DNA of 64,000 nt from Candidatus Kapaibacterium sp. (GTDB taxonomy: Bacteria > Bacteroidota > Ignavibacteria > Kapaibacteriales > UBA2268), in assembly GCA_963664875.1 (NCBI GenBank), contig OY761611.1, positions 64,001 through 128,000 of the forward strand, given 5' to 3'. Under the pieces are notes generated by a model. That model saw only the letters and a list, made by a program, of their open reading frames with translations. It did not search any database and was not told the origin of the DNA. Below are positions 35,046-45,822 of the stretch, in pieces (position 1 is the stretch's first letter; each line of letters begins with the position of its first letter). The position numbers were made by a program, and so were the translations under genes.

Positions 35046-36098
35046 ATGAATAATATAGAAAAAAGACAATTTCACATAGGAAAACATCAGTTTAATAATC
35101 CCCTTATGCTTGCTCCTATGGAGGGAGTCTCTGATTTACCTTTTAGAATTATGTGCAAAAGGTTAGGGGCTGATCTCGTTTTTACTGAGTTTATTGCATC
35201 AGATGCACTAATCAGAGATTCTATGAAGTCAAAGCAAAAAATGGATATAGTAGATGAAGAGAGACCTGTGGCTGTTCAAATTTTTGGTCAGCACAAAGAA
35301 GCAATGGTTCATTCAGCCAAAATGATTGAAGATTCGGGGGCTGAGATTGTTGATATCAATTATGGCTGCTGGGTCAAAAAAGTAGTAAATAATAACAGCG
35401 GTGCTGCATATCTGAAAGATCCTGAGCGGATGGCAGATATGACAAACGCTGTAGCAAACGCAGTTTCAATTCCGGTTACTATCAAAACACGCATAGGTTG
35501 GGACCACAGTTCCATAGTAATAGAAAAAGTAGCAAAGATGCAGGAAGAGGCAGGTGCAAAACAGATTTCTCTGCATTGCAGAACAAGAGATATGGGAATG
35601 ACCGGCAAAGCTGACTGGTCATGGATTGATGTAGTCAAACCGCATATTTCTATTCCCCTCATACTAAATGGGGATATTAAAACGCCCCAAGATGTTCTTT
35701 CTGCTTTTCAGACCACCAAAGCTGATGGTATGATGATAGGCAGAGCTGCAGTTGGCTATCCTTTCCTTTTCAGAAGAGCTAAAGTGCTTTTAGAAACAGG
35801 AACAGACCCGGGAGAGCCAACAGTAGAAGAAATGTTCGATGCATGTATTCAGCACTTGGATTTGAATATAAAATACAAAGGCGAATCAAGAGGTTTTATC
35901 GAGTTCAGGAAGCATTACTCGGGGTATTTGCGAGGCTTGTTTGGTGCTTCTTCCATAAGACAAAAACTTGTTTTAGCCCAATCCTACGATGAAGTGCGTC
36001 AGATATTAGATGAGTACATAGAATATTTAGATAAGGAAGACCGTCTTATTCCTTTTGAACATAAAGACGCACCAAAAGTAACTTGCAGAAATATATAA
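35046..36098 (+). CDS. dusB: tRNA-dihydrouridine synthase
   Basis: LAPMEGVSD, VQIFG, DINYGC, KTRIGW, HCRT, NGDI, MIGRAA, RKH. Confidence 0.92.
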   Translation: MNNIEKRQFHIGKHQFNNPLMLAPMEGVSDLPFRIMCKRLGADLVFTEFIASDALIRDSMKSKQKMDIVDEERPVAVQIFGQHKEAMVHSAKMIEDSGAEIVDINYGCWVKKVVNNNSGAAYLKDPERMADMTNAVANAVSIPVTIKTRIGWDHSSIVIEKVAKMQEEAGAKQISLHCRTRDMGMTGKADWSWIDVVKPHISIPLILNGDIKTPQDVLSAFQTTKADGMMIGRAAVGYPFLFRRAKVLLETGTDPGEPTVEEMFDACIQHLDLNIKYKGESRGFIEFRKHYSGYLRGLFGASSIRQKLVLAQSYDEVRQILDEYIEYLDKEDRLIPFEHKDAPKVTCRNI

Positions 36099-37276
36099 TG
36101 TTTAGATTTTATATCATATTGTTTGCCTTGTTGGCTGCATGTTCGCAACATAAAGATGAACCTGCAGAGTTAGAGTATTTGACTGTGCGGATAGAAAAAG
36201 AATTGGACAATCTGCACCACCAACTCAAAAACCATATAGAAGATTACAATTTCGATAAAGACAGTTCCTCTGTTATTAGGCTGCTTTATGATATTTATGG
36301 TTCAAACAAAAACATCAGAGCAGCAAGTTATGTGAATGAAAAAGGTATTTTATTGTATAGTGTGCCTGAGATGAGTGATGTATCCGGCATAAATATCTCA
36401 CATCAGGCACATGTAGATTACGTGTTGAAAAAGCATAAACCTGTCTTAGGCAAACAGTTTCGAGCAGTTCAGGGGTTTAATGCAGTAACTATGACAGAAC
36501 CTTTGATTGTAGAGGACACTCTGCATTCGTTTTATTCGATGTTACTCTCACCACAGTACTTATTTTCGGATATAGTCGATGACTATCCATACCTTGATTC
36601 CTGTGACGTTTGGGTGATGCAAAAAGACGGAACTATCCTTTACGATGAAGATATAGAAGAGATTGGGAAAAATATCTTCAAAGATGAATATTATTGCAAG
36701 CTACCAGGCTTTGCTCATATTATAGATACAATTACTCAAACCCCGCATGGAGTTATCAGTTATAAAGCAGGCGGAAAACATACCCAAAAGCTTGCCTGGC
36801 AATCAGTCCGGTACTTAACAGCAGATTGGATTATTGTTATAGAATATCCTGAAAAAGACCGTGTCTTTAAAAGGAAACCTCAGATGATAGGTCTCAAAAA
36901 CTCACAGGATGCACTGATTGAGCTATCAGAAAACCAACTTTTTCTGGATTTTATAGAAGCGAATGACGAAAGAAGTGTTGAAGAAATGATGAAGTTGTTT
37001 TTTGACGACTTCCCCGGATTATTTGCTATTCAATGGATTGACAACGAGGGTTACAATAAGGTAGGTTTCCCTTTGCACAATCTAAATTATCTTGGTCATA
37101 AGCTTTGGACCAAATGCAAAAGCCCAAACATACTTCAAGCATTAAAAGATAAAAACATAAGCAGATTTGAAGAGTATATTTCGAATGATTATCAAGCCTC
37201 TTTCTATTCTGTACCTTTGTATAATAATTCGAAATACTTAGGTATGGTTTACTTCGCTGAGTTAAACATCAAATAG
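36098..37276 (+). CDS. Cache-domain lipoprotein
   Basis: ATG overlaps the dusB stop (TAATG); lipobox LLAAC; Cache-like GINISHQAHV, FRAVQGF, WVMQKDGTILYD..EIGKNIF; no TM or output domain. Confidence 0.7.
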   Translation: MFRFYIILFALLAACSQHKDEPAELEYLTVRIEKELDNLHHQLKNHIEDYNFDKDSSSVIRLLYDIYGSNKNIRAASYVNEKGILLYSVPEMSDVSGINISHQAHVDYVLKKHKPVLGKQFRAVQGFNAVTMTEPLIVEDTLHSFYSMLLSPQYLFSDIVDDYPYLDSCDVWVMQKDGTILYDEDIEEIGKNIFKDEYYCKLPGFAHIIDTITQTPHGVISYKAGGKHTQKLAWQSVRYLTADWIIVIEYPEKDRVFKRKPQMIGLKNSQDALIELSENQLFLDFIEANDERSVEEMMKLFFDDFPGLFAIQWIDNEGYNKVGFPLHNLNYLGHKLWTKCKSPNILQALKDKNISRFEEYISNDYQASFYSVPLYNNSKYLGMVYFAELNIK

Positions 37277-39788
37277 AAGAATATGAGTCAATATCTACTT
37301 TAATTGTAAAATCGCCTTTGTTTTTTTCCTTTTCAAATATTGAGTCTGCGGCAGTAAGGTAGTGCATCAGATACTTTCCTGATGGGTCGTATTCCTTATT
37401 ACTTTTGATTACAGTGATATATCGGTATTTATTCCTGATACGGAAAAGTTGTGCTTCGTTTGGTCCGAGAACTTCGAAATACTTAGTGTTTCTTGGCAAA
37501 AGTGAAGAGTATTTTTTTGCAAGCTCGAACACTTTTCCGGCTTCTGTGCCGCTAAACTCAATCGTAATAAATCTATGAAAAGGTGGATAGCAGGCATCTT
37601 TTCGTTTTTGGATTTCTTCCTGATAAAATTCGAGATATTTGCCGTTAGCTGTGATTTTTATAGCCGGGTAATTCGGATGAGTACTCTGGATTATAACTTT
37701 GCCCCTTATTTTCCCTCCTCTGCCGGCTCTGCCTGCAACCTGCGTGAGCAATTGGTATGTCCTTTCAGAGCTGCGAAAATCCGGAATTAGCAGTTGGCTG
37801 TCAGCATTGACTATTCCCACAAGCGAAACTCTATCGAAATCGAGACCTTTGGCTACCATTTGCGTGCCAATCAGAATGTCAGTTTTACCGGAAGAAAAAT
37901 CTGTGAGCATTTTCCTATGTGCCCCTTTTTTTGAGGTAGTATCGAGATCCATTCGTGCAATTTTTGCCTCAATACCCTTCTCTTTTAATAGGGTATAAAG
38001 CTCTTCTTCAATTTTTTGAGTGCCGCTTCCTATTTCTTCTATTTTTTTTGAACCACATACTTCGCAGGAACTCGGGACGTAAATAGTATGACCGCAATAG
38101 TGGCATCGAAGTTGGTTCTTGGGCTTATGAAATGTAAGTGGAAGATCACAATTTTTACAGTAAGGCACATGACCACAATCAAAACATTCGAGCATATTGC
38201 TGTAGCCACGTCTGTTTTGAAATAAAATAATTCCTTCTTTGTTTTTTAATCTCGATTCGATTTCATTAAGTAGATATTCCGAAAAAACTCCGTTGACTTT
38301 TTTGTTTTGTCTCGCACTAATCATATCGACAATATCTATAAAGGGCAGTTTAGCACCGTCTGCTCTGTTTTTTATCTCCAAAAGTGTGTATTTACCTGAT
38401 TTAGCATTGTAATAGCTTTCTAATGAGGGAGTCGCAGAGCCAAGTACAAGCACTGCATCATCTATTCGGGCTCTGACCACAGCAAGATCTCTTGCGTTAT
38501 AGCGTGGATTTTTGGAGTCTTGTTTATAAGTGTTTTCATGTTCTTCGTCAACAATAATGAGCCCAAGGTTGTTAATAGGTGCAAAAATTGCAGATCGGAC
38601 ACCCAGTACAATTTTGACTTCGTCCCGCAAAATCTTCCGCCATGTGTCATAGCGTTCCCCACCGGAGAGACCGGAATGAGTAACAGCAATATTATCTCCA
38701 AAAACCAATTTGAATCTATCAATTAGCTGCGGAGTAAGAGAAATCTCAGGGACAAGGATAAGTACTTTGCGATTTATCCTGAGGGCTTCTTGTATTGCCT
38801 GTATATATATTAAAGTTTTTCCGCTACCGGTTACGCCATGCAGAAGAAAAGGATGAAAAGCAGCAGTAGTTATTGCTCGAGCAATAACTTGGCAAACTTC
38901 AGATTGCTCAGTGGTGAGTCTAAGCTTGCTTTCATCTCTTTTCGCAAGAGATTCAGTTTCTTCTTTGTTTGCGTTCCTATCAATAGTTCCCTGTTGTCGC
39001 TCGATCAATTCTTTTTTCAACAGTGCCTGAACATGCGAATGATTACATTCCGTTGCTGCAAGTGCACTCGACTGTAGAGGACCGATTCCATTTATTGTAT
39101 GATCCCAAACATATTTCAAAAGTTTAGCCTGCTTTTGGGATTTGATTTGCAAAGAGAGATACGAAGCCGAGAAATCGTTGGCTGTTTTAAGTCTTTTACT
39201 GTGAGGTAGAAGAATTAAAGCTGTTTTGGAGGTAGTTTCCTTAGATCTAACCGGCTCACATTCAATTATTTCATCGTTGATCAAAGCGTCAAGGATTGTG
39301 CTGACTGAAGCACTACCGATTCTTTTTGCTAATCTTGCAGGTGTAGTTTCTTTTCCTTCGAGCGACTTAATAATGCTAATAAGATCTGCTTTTTTGGAAT
39401 ATTTTTTATGCAGTAGCAACATTGTCTCAGTGCTTATATGTTTTTTGAGAGTAATGCGAATCATACTTTCAGGTAGAATGCCTTGTGGTAGCGCTGTCTT
39501 GAGTACTTCACCGAGTGAAGATTTGTAGTAGTCAGCAGTCCATTTGCAAAATTTTAACATATTAGCATTAAATATCGGCTTTTCGTCCAATACTTCTTCT
39601 ACAGTTTTAACGGTAAAGTCAGGTTTGTCTTCCCTTTTTTCGATAACAAATCCGGTAATAGTTTTTCTTCCAAATGAAACAAAAGCTCTTCTACCGATGT
39701 AAGACTCGGCAGAGTCATCATGTTCTATAGCATAAGTATAGAGTTTATTTCCAGGAATCGGAAGAGCTATATTGAATAAAGTAGTCAA
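37269..39788 (-). CDS. priA: Primosomal protein N' (replication restart helicase)
   Basis: LHGVTGSGKT, VPEISLTPQ, DEEH, GSATPS, NRRGY, four CxxC, GTQMVAKGLDF, QVAGRAGR; start uncertain (TTG 39788 preferred). Confidence 0.95.
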   Translation of the reverse strand: MTTLFNIALPIPGNKLYTYAIEHDDSAESYIGRRAFVSFGRKTITGFVIEKREDKPDFTVKTVEEVLDEKPIFNANMLKFCKWTADYYKSSLGEVLKTALPQGILPESMIRITLKKHISTETMLLLHKKYSKKADLISIIKSLEGKETTPARLAKRIGSASVSTILDALINDEIIECEPVRSKETTSKTALILLPHSKRLKTANDFSASYLSLQIKSQKQAKLLKYVWDHTINGIGPLQSSALAATECNHSHVQALLKKELIERQQGTIDRNANKEETESLAKRDESKLRLTTEQSEVCQVIARAITTAAFHPFLLHGVTGSGKTLIYIQAIQEALRINRKVLILVPEISLTPQLIDRFKLVFGDNIAVTHSGLSGGERYDTWRKILRDEVKIVLGVRSAIFAPINNLGLIIVDEEHENTYKQDSKNPRYNARDLAVVRARIDDAVLVLGSATPSLESYYNAKSGKYTLLEIKNRADGAKLPFIDIVDMISARQNKKVNGVFSEYLLNEIESRLKNKEGIILFQNRRGYSNMLECFDCGHVPYCKNCDLPLTFHKPKNQLRCHYCGHTIYVPSSCEVCGSKKIEEIGSGTQKIEEELYTLLKEKGIEAKIARMDLDTTSKKGAHRKMLTDFSSGKTDILIGTQMVAKGLDFDRVSLVGIVNADSQLLIPDFRSSERTYQLLTQVAGRAGRGGKIRGKVIIQSTHPNYPAIKITANGKYLEFYQEEIQKRKDACYPPFHRFITIEFSGTEAGKVFELAKKYSSLLPRNTKYFEVLGPNEAQLFRIRNKYRYITVIKSNKEYDPSGKYLMHYLTAADSIFEKEKNKGDFTIKVDIDSYSSI

Positions 39789-39942
39789 AACAGTTTTTTG
39801 TATCCGGTTTATTTGAGTTGAAAATAATCTACAAAGTACAAAAATACATATTAAAAGATGCAAGATAAAACAAATTTGACATTTGAATCGTATAGTCAGA
39901 TTATAAAAGATGATTTATAGAATAATAACGGAATGGAATAAG

Positions 39943-41148
39943 ATGAAAAGGTATTTTCTTGCACTTTTGATGAGTGTATTCACATTTACTGCTTGCAGTG
40001 CTGGTGACAGCAAAATAGAAACAAACGAATCAAATAGCTCTCTTCTTGCTGAAGCAAAAGTAGATCCGCTACAAGCCGAAAGGCTACAAGAAACAAACGC
40101 ACAAATTGCAAATTCGAGAAGCAACGCACTAACTGACGCTATTAAAAAATGCAGCCCGGCTATAGTTGGTATAAATGTAACAGAAGTAGTGCAGGTGCAA
40201 TATAGAAGATCGTTTCAAGAAGACATCTTCAGCTACTTTTTCGGAAGAAGGGCTACTCCTCGCACTAAGAAATATGAAGTTAAGGGATTGGGTTCCGGGT
40301 TTATTATATCTAAAGACGGCTACATACTCACAAATCACCATGTTGCCGGTAATGCTTCAAAAATAGTAGTTACAATGACAGACGGGTCAGAGCATCAAGC
40401 TAAAATTATTGGTTCAGATATGATTAGCGATGTAGCGTTATTGAAAATAGAAGGCGACAATTTCCCTTATTTGGAAATGGGCAATTCCGACGATTTGATG
40501 ATAGGCGAATGGGCAATTGCATTTGGCAATCCTTTTGGTCTTTTTGATATAAATTCAAAACCAACTGTAACGGTTGGTGTTATTTCTAATCAGGGTGTTA
40601 GTTTTTTGCATGAAGGCAGAAATGATACAAGAGTTTATAAAGATATGATACAGACAGATGCTGCCATCAGTTCCGGAAATTCAGGAGGTCCTTTGGTAAA
40701 TGCACTTGGTCAGGTTATTGGCATGAATACTATGATTTATTCTACTGCTCAGGATCAGAAAGGTGCAGGAAGCATAGGGATAGGATTTTCTATCCCAATT
40801 AACCGAGTGGCTAAAATTGTTGAGCAGTTTAAATCTGGAGTAGAGATAAGACGCAATTTCTATACAGGTATGGACGTTAAACGTGTTGATGAAATGCTTG
40901 CAAAACATCTCGGTATCGCAACAAACGACGGCGTAATAGTATATTCGATAAAAAGAGGCAGCCCTGCTTTAAAAGCAGGATTTGAACCCGGAGATGTAAT
41001 TCAAACCATAAACGACAGGCCAGTGCTTCGCGAAGAAGACTATTTTATCGAAATAGCAGATTCGCAAGTAGGAGACATCTTAAAATTTACTATCTTGCGA
41101 GATGATAAACCTATGCAAATAAGCTTAGAAATTGAAGAAGAAAAATAA
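39943..41148 (+). CDS. HtrA/DegP-family serine protease, single PDZ, probable lipoprotein
   Basis: FTAC lipobox; [33 protein letters not shown]-terminal PDZ. Confidence 0.93.
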   Translation: MKRYFLALLMSVFTFTACSAGDSKIETNESNSSLLAEAKVDPLQAERLQETNAQIANSRSNALTDAIKKCSPAIVGINVTEVVQVQYRRSFQEDIFSYFFGRRATPRTKKYEVKGLGSGFIISKDGYILTNHHVAGNASKIVVTMTDGSEHQAKIIGSDMISDVALLKIEGDNFPYLEMGNSDDLMIGEWAIAFGNPFGLFDINSKPTVTVGVISNQGVSFLHEGRNDTRVYKDMIQTDAAISSGNSGGPLVNALGQVIGMNTMIYSTAQDQKGAGSIGIGFSIPINRVAKIVEQFKSGVEIRRNFYTGMDVKRVDEMLAKHLGIATNDGVIVYSIKRGSPALKAGFEPGDVIQTINDRPVLREEDYFIEIADSQVGDILKFTILRDDKPMQISLEIEEEK

Positions 41149-41894
41149 TGATCGAAAATAATATTAGTGTTTTAAAAGCTGACGGACTTGTAAAAAGATA
41201 CAAAAAGCGTACTGTTGTGAAGGGAGTCAGCGTTGAAGTAAAACAAGGAGAGGTAGTAGGATTGCTGGGGCCAAACGGTGCCGGCAAAACTACTACTTTT
41301 TATATGATAACCGGAATGATAAAACCGAATAGTGGTAAAATTTATTTAGATAACAGCGAAATAACAGATAAAGCGATGTTTAAACGCTCGCGACTTGGGA
41401 TTTGTTATCTTCCACAAGAGGCTTCAATTTTTAGGAAGCTAAGTGTCGAAAAAAATATAATGGCTATTCTACAACTTCAAAAAATGACAGGTTCACAGCG
41501 AAAAGAAAAACTCGAGCAATTGTTAGAAAGTTTCCGTATTACACATATACGTAAAAGCAAAGGTTACATGCTGAGTGGAGGCGAGAGGAGAAGATGTGAA
41601 ATAGCAAGAACGCTTGCTGCAAATCCAAAATTTATTCTTTTAGATGAGCCTTTCGCCGGTATCGATCCTATCGCAGTTGAAGACATCATGCAAATTGTTC
41701 GCAATCTGAAAGATATGGGTATTGGTGTATTAATAACCGACCACAATGTTCATGAAACACTTTCGATTACCGATAAAGCCAATATACTTATAGACGGAAA
41801 TATGTACATTTCAGGTACAGCAGAAGAGATAGCTGCCAACGAAGAAGTAAAAAAAAGGTATCTCGGGGAAAATTTCAAATTAGAAAGATATTAG
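41148..41894 (+). CDS. lptB: LPS export ABC transporter ATP-binding protein
   Basis: [54 protein letters not shown]. Confidence 0.95.
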   Translation: MIENNISVLKADGLVKRYKKRTVVKGVSVEVKQGEVVGLLGPNGAGKTTTFYMITGMIKPNSGKIYLDNSEITDKAMFKRSRLGICYLPQEASIFRKLSVEKNIMAILQLQKMTGSQRKEKLEQLLESFRITHIRKSKGYMLSGGERRRCEIARTLAANPKFILLDEPFAGIDPIAVEDIMQIVRNLKDMGIGVLITDHNVHETLSITDKANILIDGNMYISGTAEEIAANEEVKKRYLGENFKLERY

Positions 41895-41979
41895 TGCCTA
41901 AATATTTGTTCTATTTAGCCGTAAATAAATAAGTATCATGCCTCGACTTTTATGTTAAAACAAAATACTATGGTAACTC

Positions 41980-44430
41980 ATGGCTGTACATAATTTAGAC
42001 CAAGAATCTCAGGAGATGTTAAATAATTTTGTCTCCGAAGCTCTTGATTCGTTGGACACCAACGAACCTTTAGTAGAAGAACTAAGAAATGAAGATAACG
42101 CAGAGTTCGTAAATGCTATTTTTAGAGTATTTCATACTTTAAAAGGTCTTTCCGGATTTTTTGATATGCAGGTGATTCACCATGTAACCCACGAAGCGGA
42201 AACTTTGCTTGATTTGATGAGAAAAGTCAATCGAGTGCAAGACGAAGACAGCATTTCGCTTATCTACTCATGTTTTGATTTCCTCAGAGCCTTGCTCGAT
42301 AAAGTTAGTGCCGAATTTACTGATGTTAGTGGGCATGACGAGGCAGAAGATTTAATCTTACTAATCAAAAACGAAATTGAAAAAGTTAAAGCAGGTAATG
42401 CTGCCGGAAGTAATCAGTTATCCGAAGAAGATTTCTTTAATTTCGAAGATGTTCCGGAAGAGACTTCAGAAGCAGCAAGTGCTGTGCAGACAGATTCTTC
42501 TAATCCGGAAGATGCATTTATGTTTGCCGATGATAATGATGATAGTGAGTCAGGTGGATTAGAAAGTTTAGTTTCGGATGAAATGTTGGGGCAGTATTTA
42601 AGTGATGCATTTGACTTGCTTGACACCTGCGAAAACAATCTGATGAAATTAGAAACTGAGCCCGATAATAAGCCACTCGCCGGAGAAACTTTTGGAGCTA
42701 TACACAGCCTCAAAGGGAATTCCGGATTTATGGGGTTTTCAGATATTGAAGAATTAAGCTCTGAAATGGAAACAATCCTTGATTCTGTAAGAAGCGGCGA
42801 TTTGGATATTGACGAAACAATCATTTCAATTTTACTTTCCAACGTAGAGGCGATTCGCAGCAAGCTGAAAGCCATGGCTGAAAATGGTTCTTCAGTCTCA
42901 GCAAGTGAAACTTCAAGTTCAGAAAATGAGCCTATCAGTGAAGACGACTTTTTCAATATTCCTGATGACACGGTATCAAAAGAGATAGCTGCAGAAGAAA
43001 ATGCAGAACCGGAAATTGAGGAATATGAAGAAAGTCTGGATGATTTCTTTATTGCTGCTCAAAATGATAATAATACTCAAGAAGTCTCTCATCAACAAGA
43101 AGAACAAAAAGAAAAAATGAAGCCGACAGCTTCTAAGAATGACGCCCCGGCTAAACCTGAAAAGATGGTTGTAGCAGAAAAACCAAAACCTGCTCCGCCA
43201 CAAGCTGCATCAAGTCCAAGACTTACAATGCAGAAAAAAGATATTAGAGTAGAAACTTCGAAGATTGACAAGTTATTTGATTTGGTGGGTGAGCTTATTA
43301 CTATCGAATCTATGGTAACTAATAATCCTGACCTAAAAGGTATGGATTTGCCAAACTTTGCTAAATCTGCAAATATGCTTAATAAAATAACCCGCGAGAT
43401 TCAAGAAGTTACTATGTCAGTGCGGATGATGCCTTTGGAAGGACTTTTCAATAAGATGAAAAGGCTTGTCAGAGACGTTTCTATCAAGATGAATAAAAAA
43501 GTTGATTTTGTCATTTCAGGTCAGGAAACTGAAATGGACAAAAACGTTATAGATGAAATTGCCGATCCACTAGTACATATTTTGAGAAATGCGATAGACC
43601 ATGGTGTCGAATCGCCTCAGGATAGAGCTGCAGCCGGAAAATCCGAAACCGGCAATGTATCTCTCAAAGCTAAGTACGAAGGTAATGAAATACTAATAGT
43701 TATAGAAGACGACGGTGCAGGAATAAACAGAGAAAGAGTCTTGCAAAAAGCAGAGGAAAAAGGTTTGCTTAGCGTACCTCCGGAAACGATGACAGATAGA
43801 GAAGTATTTATGCTTGTATTCGAACCCGGTTTTTCTACTGCTAAGCAGGTTACTGATATTTCCGGACGAGGTGTCGGAATGGATGTAGTCAAAAAGAATA
43901 TAGAAAAACTCAGGGGCAGCATTGACGTCGAAAGTAAGTATGGTAAAGGTTCAAAATTTACTTTGAGAATTCCTCTTACCCTTGCGATTTTGGACGCAAT
44001 GCTTATTCGCATAGGTGCTTCTATTTTTGCTTTGCCGATACTATCTGTTTCAGAATCGTTCAGAACGGAATTATCAACTATTTCCGAAACTATGGACGGC
44101 CTTGAAATGGTCAAAATCAGAGAAGAAATAATTCCTGTCGTTCGCCTCCACGAGTTATATAAAAAGGATCCTGATAGTAAAAACATAGATAACGGTGTGC
44201 TTATAATAGCTGAATCACGAGACAGAAAATTAGCTTTATTTGCCGATGAGATTGTGGGGCAGCAGCAGGCGGTTATCAAAGGATTTTCGCAATATATCGG
44301 CAAAGTACCGGGCATAACCGGTTGTATGATACTCGGAGATGGCGGTATCGGACTGATTATTGATATAGAAGGCCTTTTTGATATGGCTGAAAATAAAATT
44401 GAGTTTGCAAATGTAGAACAATACCTATAA
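41980..44430 (+). CDS. cheA: Chemotaxis histidine kinase CheA with two HPt domains
   Basis: FHTLKG and IHSLKG HPt motifs; IRVETSKIDKL..LVGEL; HILRNAIDHG; DDGAGI; SGRGVGMDVVK; PLTLAI; CheW domain. Confidence 0.95.
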   Translation: MAVHNLDQESQEMLNNFVSEALDSLDTNEPLVEELRNEDNAEFVNAIFRVFHTLKGLSGFFDMQVIHHVTHEAETLLDLMRKVNRVQDEDSISLIYSCFDFLRALLDKVSAEFTDVSGHDEAEDLILLIKNEIEKVKAGNAAGSNQLSEEDFFNFEDVPEETSEAASAVQTDSSNPEDAFMFADDNDDSESGGLESLVSDEMLGQYLSDAFDLLDTCENNLMKLETEPDNKPLAGETFGAIHSLKGNSGFMGFSDIEELSSEMETILDSVRSGDLDIDETIISILLSNVEAIRSKLKAMAENGSSVSASETSSSENEPISEDDFFNIPDDTVSKEIAAEENAEPEIEEYEESLDDFFIAAQNDNNTQEVSHQQEEQKEKMKPTASKNDAPAKPEKMVVAEKPKPAPPQAASSPRLTMQKKDIRVETSKIDKLFDLVGELITIESMVTNNPDLKGMDLPNFAKSANMLNKITREIQEVTMSVRMMPLEGLFNKMKRLVRDVSIKMNKKVDFVISGQETEMDKNVIDEIADPLVHILRNAIDHGVESPQDRAAAGKSETGNVSLKAKYEGNEILIVIEDDGAGINRERVLQKAEEKGLLSVPPETMTDREVFMLVFEPGFSTAKQVTDISGRGVGMDVVKKNIEKLRGSIDVESKYGKGSKFTLRIPLTLAILDAMLIRIGASIFALPILSVSESFRTELSTISETMDGLEMVKIREEIIPVVRLHELYKKDPDSKNIDNGVLIIAESRDRKLALFADEIVGQQQAVIKGFSQYIGKVPGITGCMILGDGGIGLIIDIEGLFDMAENKIEFANVEQYL

Positions 44431-44437
44431 AGAAATT

Positions 44438-44944
44438 ATGACTGAAAACTTAGACTTAGATATCTATAACTCTTCCGAGACAGAAGAGGATACACTCAAA
44501 GATCAATTTTTGTCATTTTCTTTGGGTAAAGAGTATTATGCTCTGGAAATTGTTTTTGTAACTGAAATCATCGGGATACAAAAGATTACTGAAGTGCCTA
44601 ATGTGAAAGATCATATAAAAGGAATTATAAATCTTAGAGGTATGATTATCCCGGTTGTGGATATTCGATATCGCTTCGGCATGAAAATGGTACCTTATAA
44701 CGATAGAACTTGTATTATAGTTGTAACGGTAAATGGATCTCAGATTGGTTTGATTGTAGATGAAGTGCAGGAAGTGCTGACTATAGCTTCAGACAAAATC
44801 TTTTCAGCTCCGCATACATATAAAGGCTCAAAAAGCAAATTTATAAACGGAGTTACAAAAATCAACGAGACAGTAGTTATACTTTTGGATATACAGAAAC
44901 TACTTTACGACGAAAAAGAATTAGTTGAAGAAGAAGCAGAATAG
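44438..44944 (+). CDS. cheW: Chemotaxis adaptor CheW
   Basis: FLSFSL..EYYAL, GIINLRG.IIPVVD, GLIVDEV. Confidence 0.95.
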   Translation: MTENLDLDIYNSSETEEDTLKDQFLSFSLGKEYYALEIVFVTEIIGIQKITEVPNVKDHIKGIINLRGMIIPVVDIRYRFGMKMVPYNDRTCIIVVTVNGSQIGLIVDEVQEVLTIASDKIFSAPHTYKGSKSKFINGVTKINETVVILLDIQKLLYDEKELVEEEAE

Positions 44945-44948
44945 CGAT

Positions 44949-45821
44949 ATGGAAAATAAAATTGAAAGACTGAAAGAATTTCACTCTTCAGGTATCATAT
45001 CTATCAGCGATGAGGATTTTGATGCTATCAGAAAATATGTCTATAACACAATAGGCATCAATATCACTGAAGAAAAGAGAAATTTGCTGCAAAGTAGGTT
45101 GCAAAAAATACTAAGAAAAGAGTCATTTAAAAACTTTAAAGATTATTATGATGCTTTGGTTAGCGATTCCAGCGGTGTCGCACTTAGTGAACTTGCTAAC
45201 AACATTTCTACTAACTATACCTATTTTTATAGAGAAAACGAACATTTTGACTTTTTTGTAGATACTGCATTGAAAGAGATATTAAAAAAGAAAGTAGCAC
45301 AAAAAAGCAATGATATTCGTCTTTGGTCTGCCGGTTGTTCCTCAGGCGAAGAGCCATATACCTTAATGATGATGATGATGCAAAAAATGGGGGATATGTA
45401 CTCTAAGTTTGATGCAGGAATTTTAGCGACCGACATTTCACTGAAAGCTCTTACACTTGCGAAAGAAGGTGTTTATGAAAAAGACAAACTTAAACGCCTA
45501 CCGGAAGGTTATAGCAGCAAATATTTTGAAAAGCTTGACGAAGGCATTTTCAAAATCAAAAACATTGTCAAAAAGGAAGTTACATTTCGTAGATTCAATC
45601 TGATGAATGATATATTTCCTTTCAAAAAACAATTTGATGCTATTTTTTGTCGCAATGTGATGATATATTTCGATAATGACACTAGAGCTACTTTGGTCAG
45701 AAAGTTTTATGACTTTTTGGAAGATGGTGGTTATCTGTTTATTGGACACTCAGAGACAATAAGGAGAGGTATTGTAAATTTGAAGCCAATCGCTCCTGCT
45801 ATCTATAAAAAAGAGGGTTGA
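44949..45821 (+). CDS. cheR: Chemotaxis methyltransferase CheR
   Basis: STNYTYFYRE, WSAGCSSGEEPY, ILATDIS, IFCRNVMIYFD, IGHSE; probable start ATG 44949. Confidence 0.95.
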   Translation: MENKIERLKEFHSSGIISISDEDFDAIRKYVYNTIGINITEEKRNLLQSRLQKILRKESFKNFKDYYDALVSDSSGVALSELANNISTNYTYFYRENEHFDFFVDTALKEILKKKVAQKSNDIRLWSAGCSSGEEPYTLMMMMMQKMGDMYSKFDAGILATDISLKALTLAKEGVYEKDKLKRLPEGYSSKYFEKLDEGIFKIKNIVKKEVTFRRFNLMNDIFPFKKQFDAIFCRNVMIYFDNDTRATLVRKFYDFLEDGGYLFIGHSETIRRGIVNLKPIAPAIYKKEG

Positions 45822-45822
45822 A

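Noticed and set aside
43617-44315. 232-aa minus-strand ORF (also 42414-42971)
   Set aside because: Antisense to well-conserved cheA; typical shadow ORFs
45367-45381. (ATG)5 run in cheR
   Set aside because: In-frame poly-Met within a helix; a trinucleotide repeat cannot phase-shift the frame
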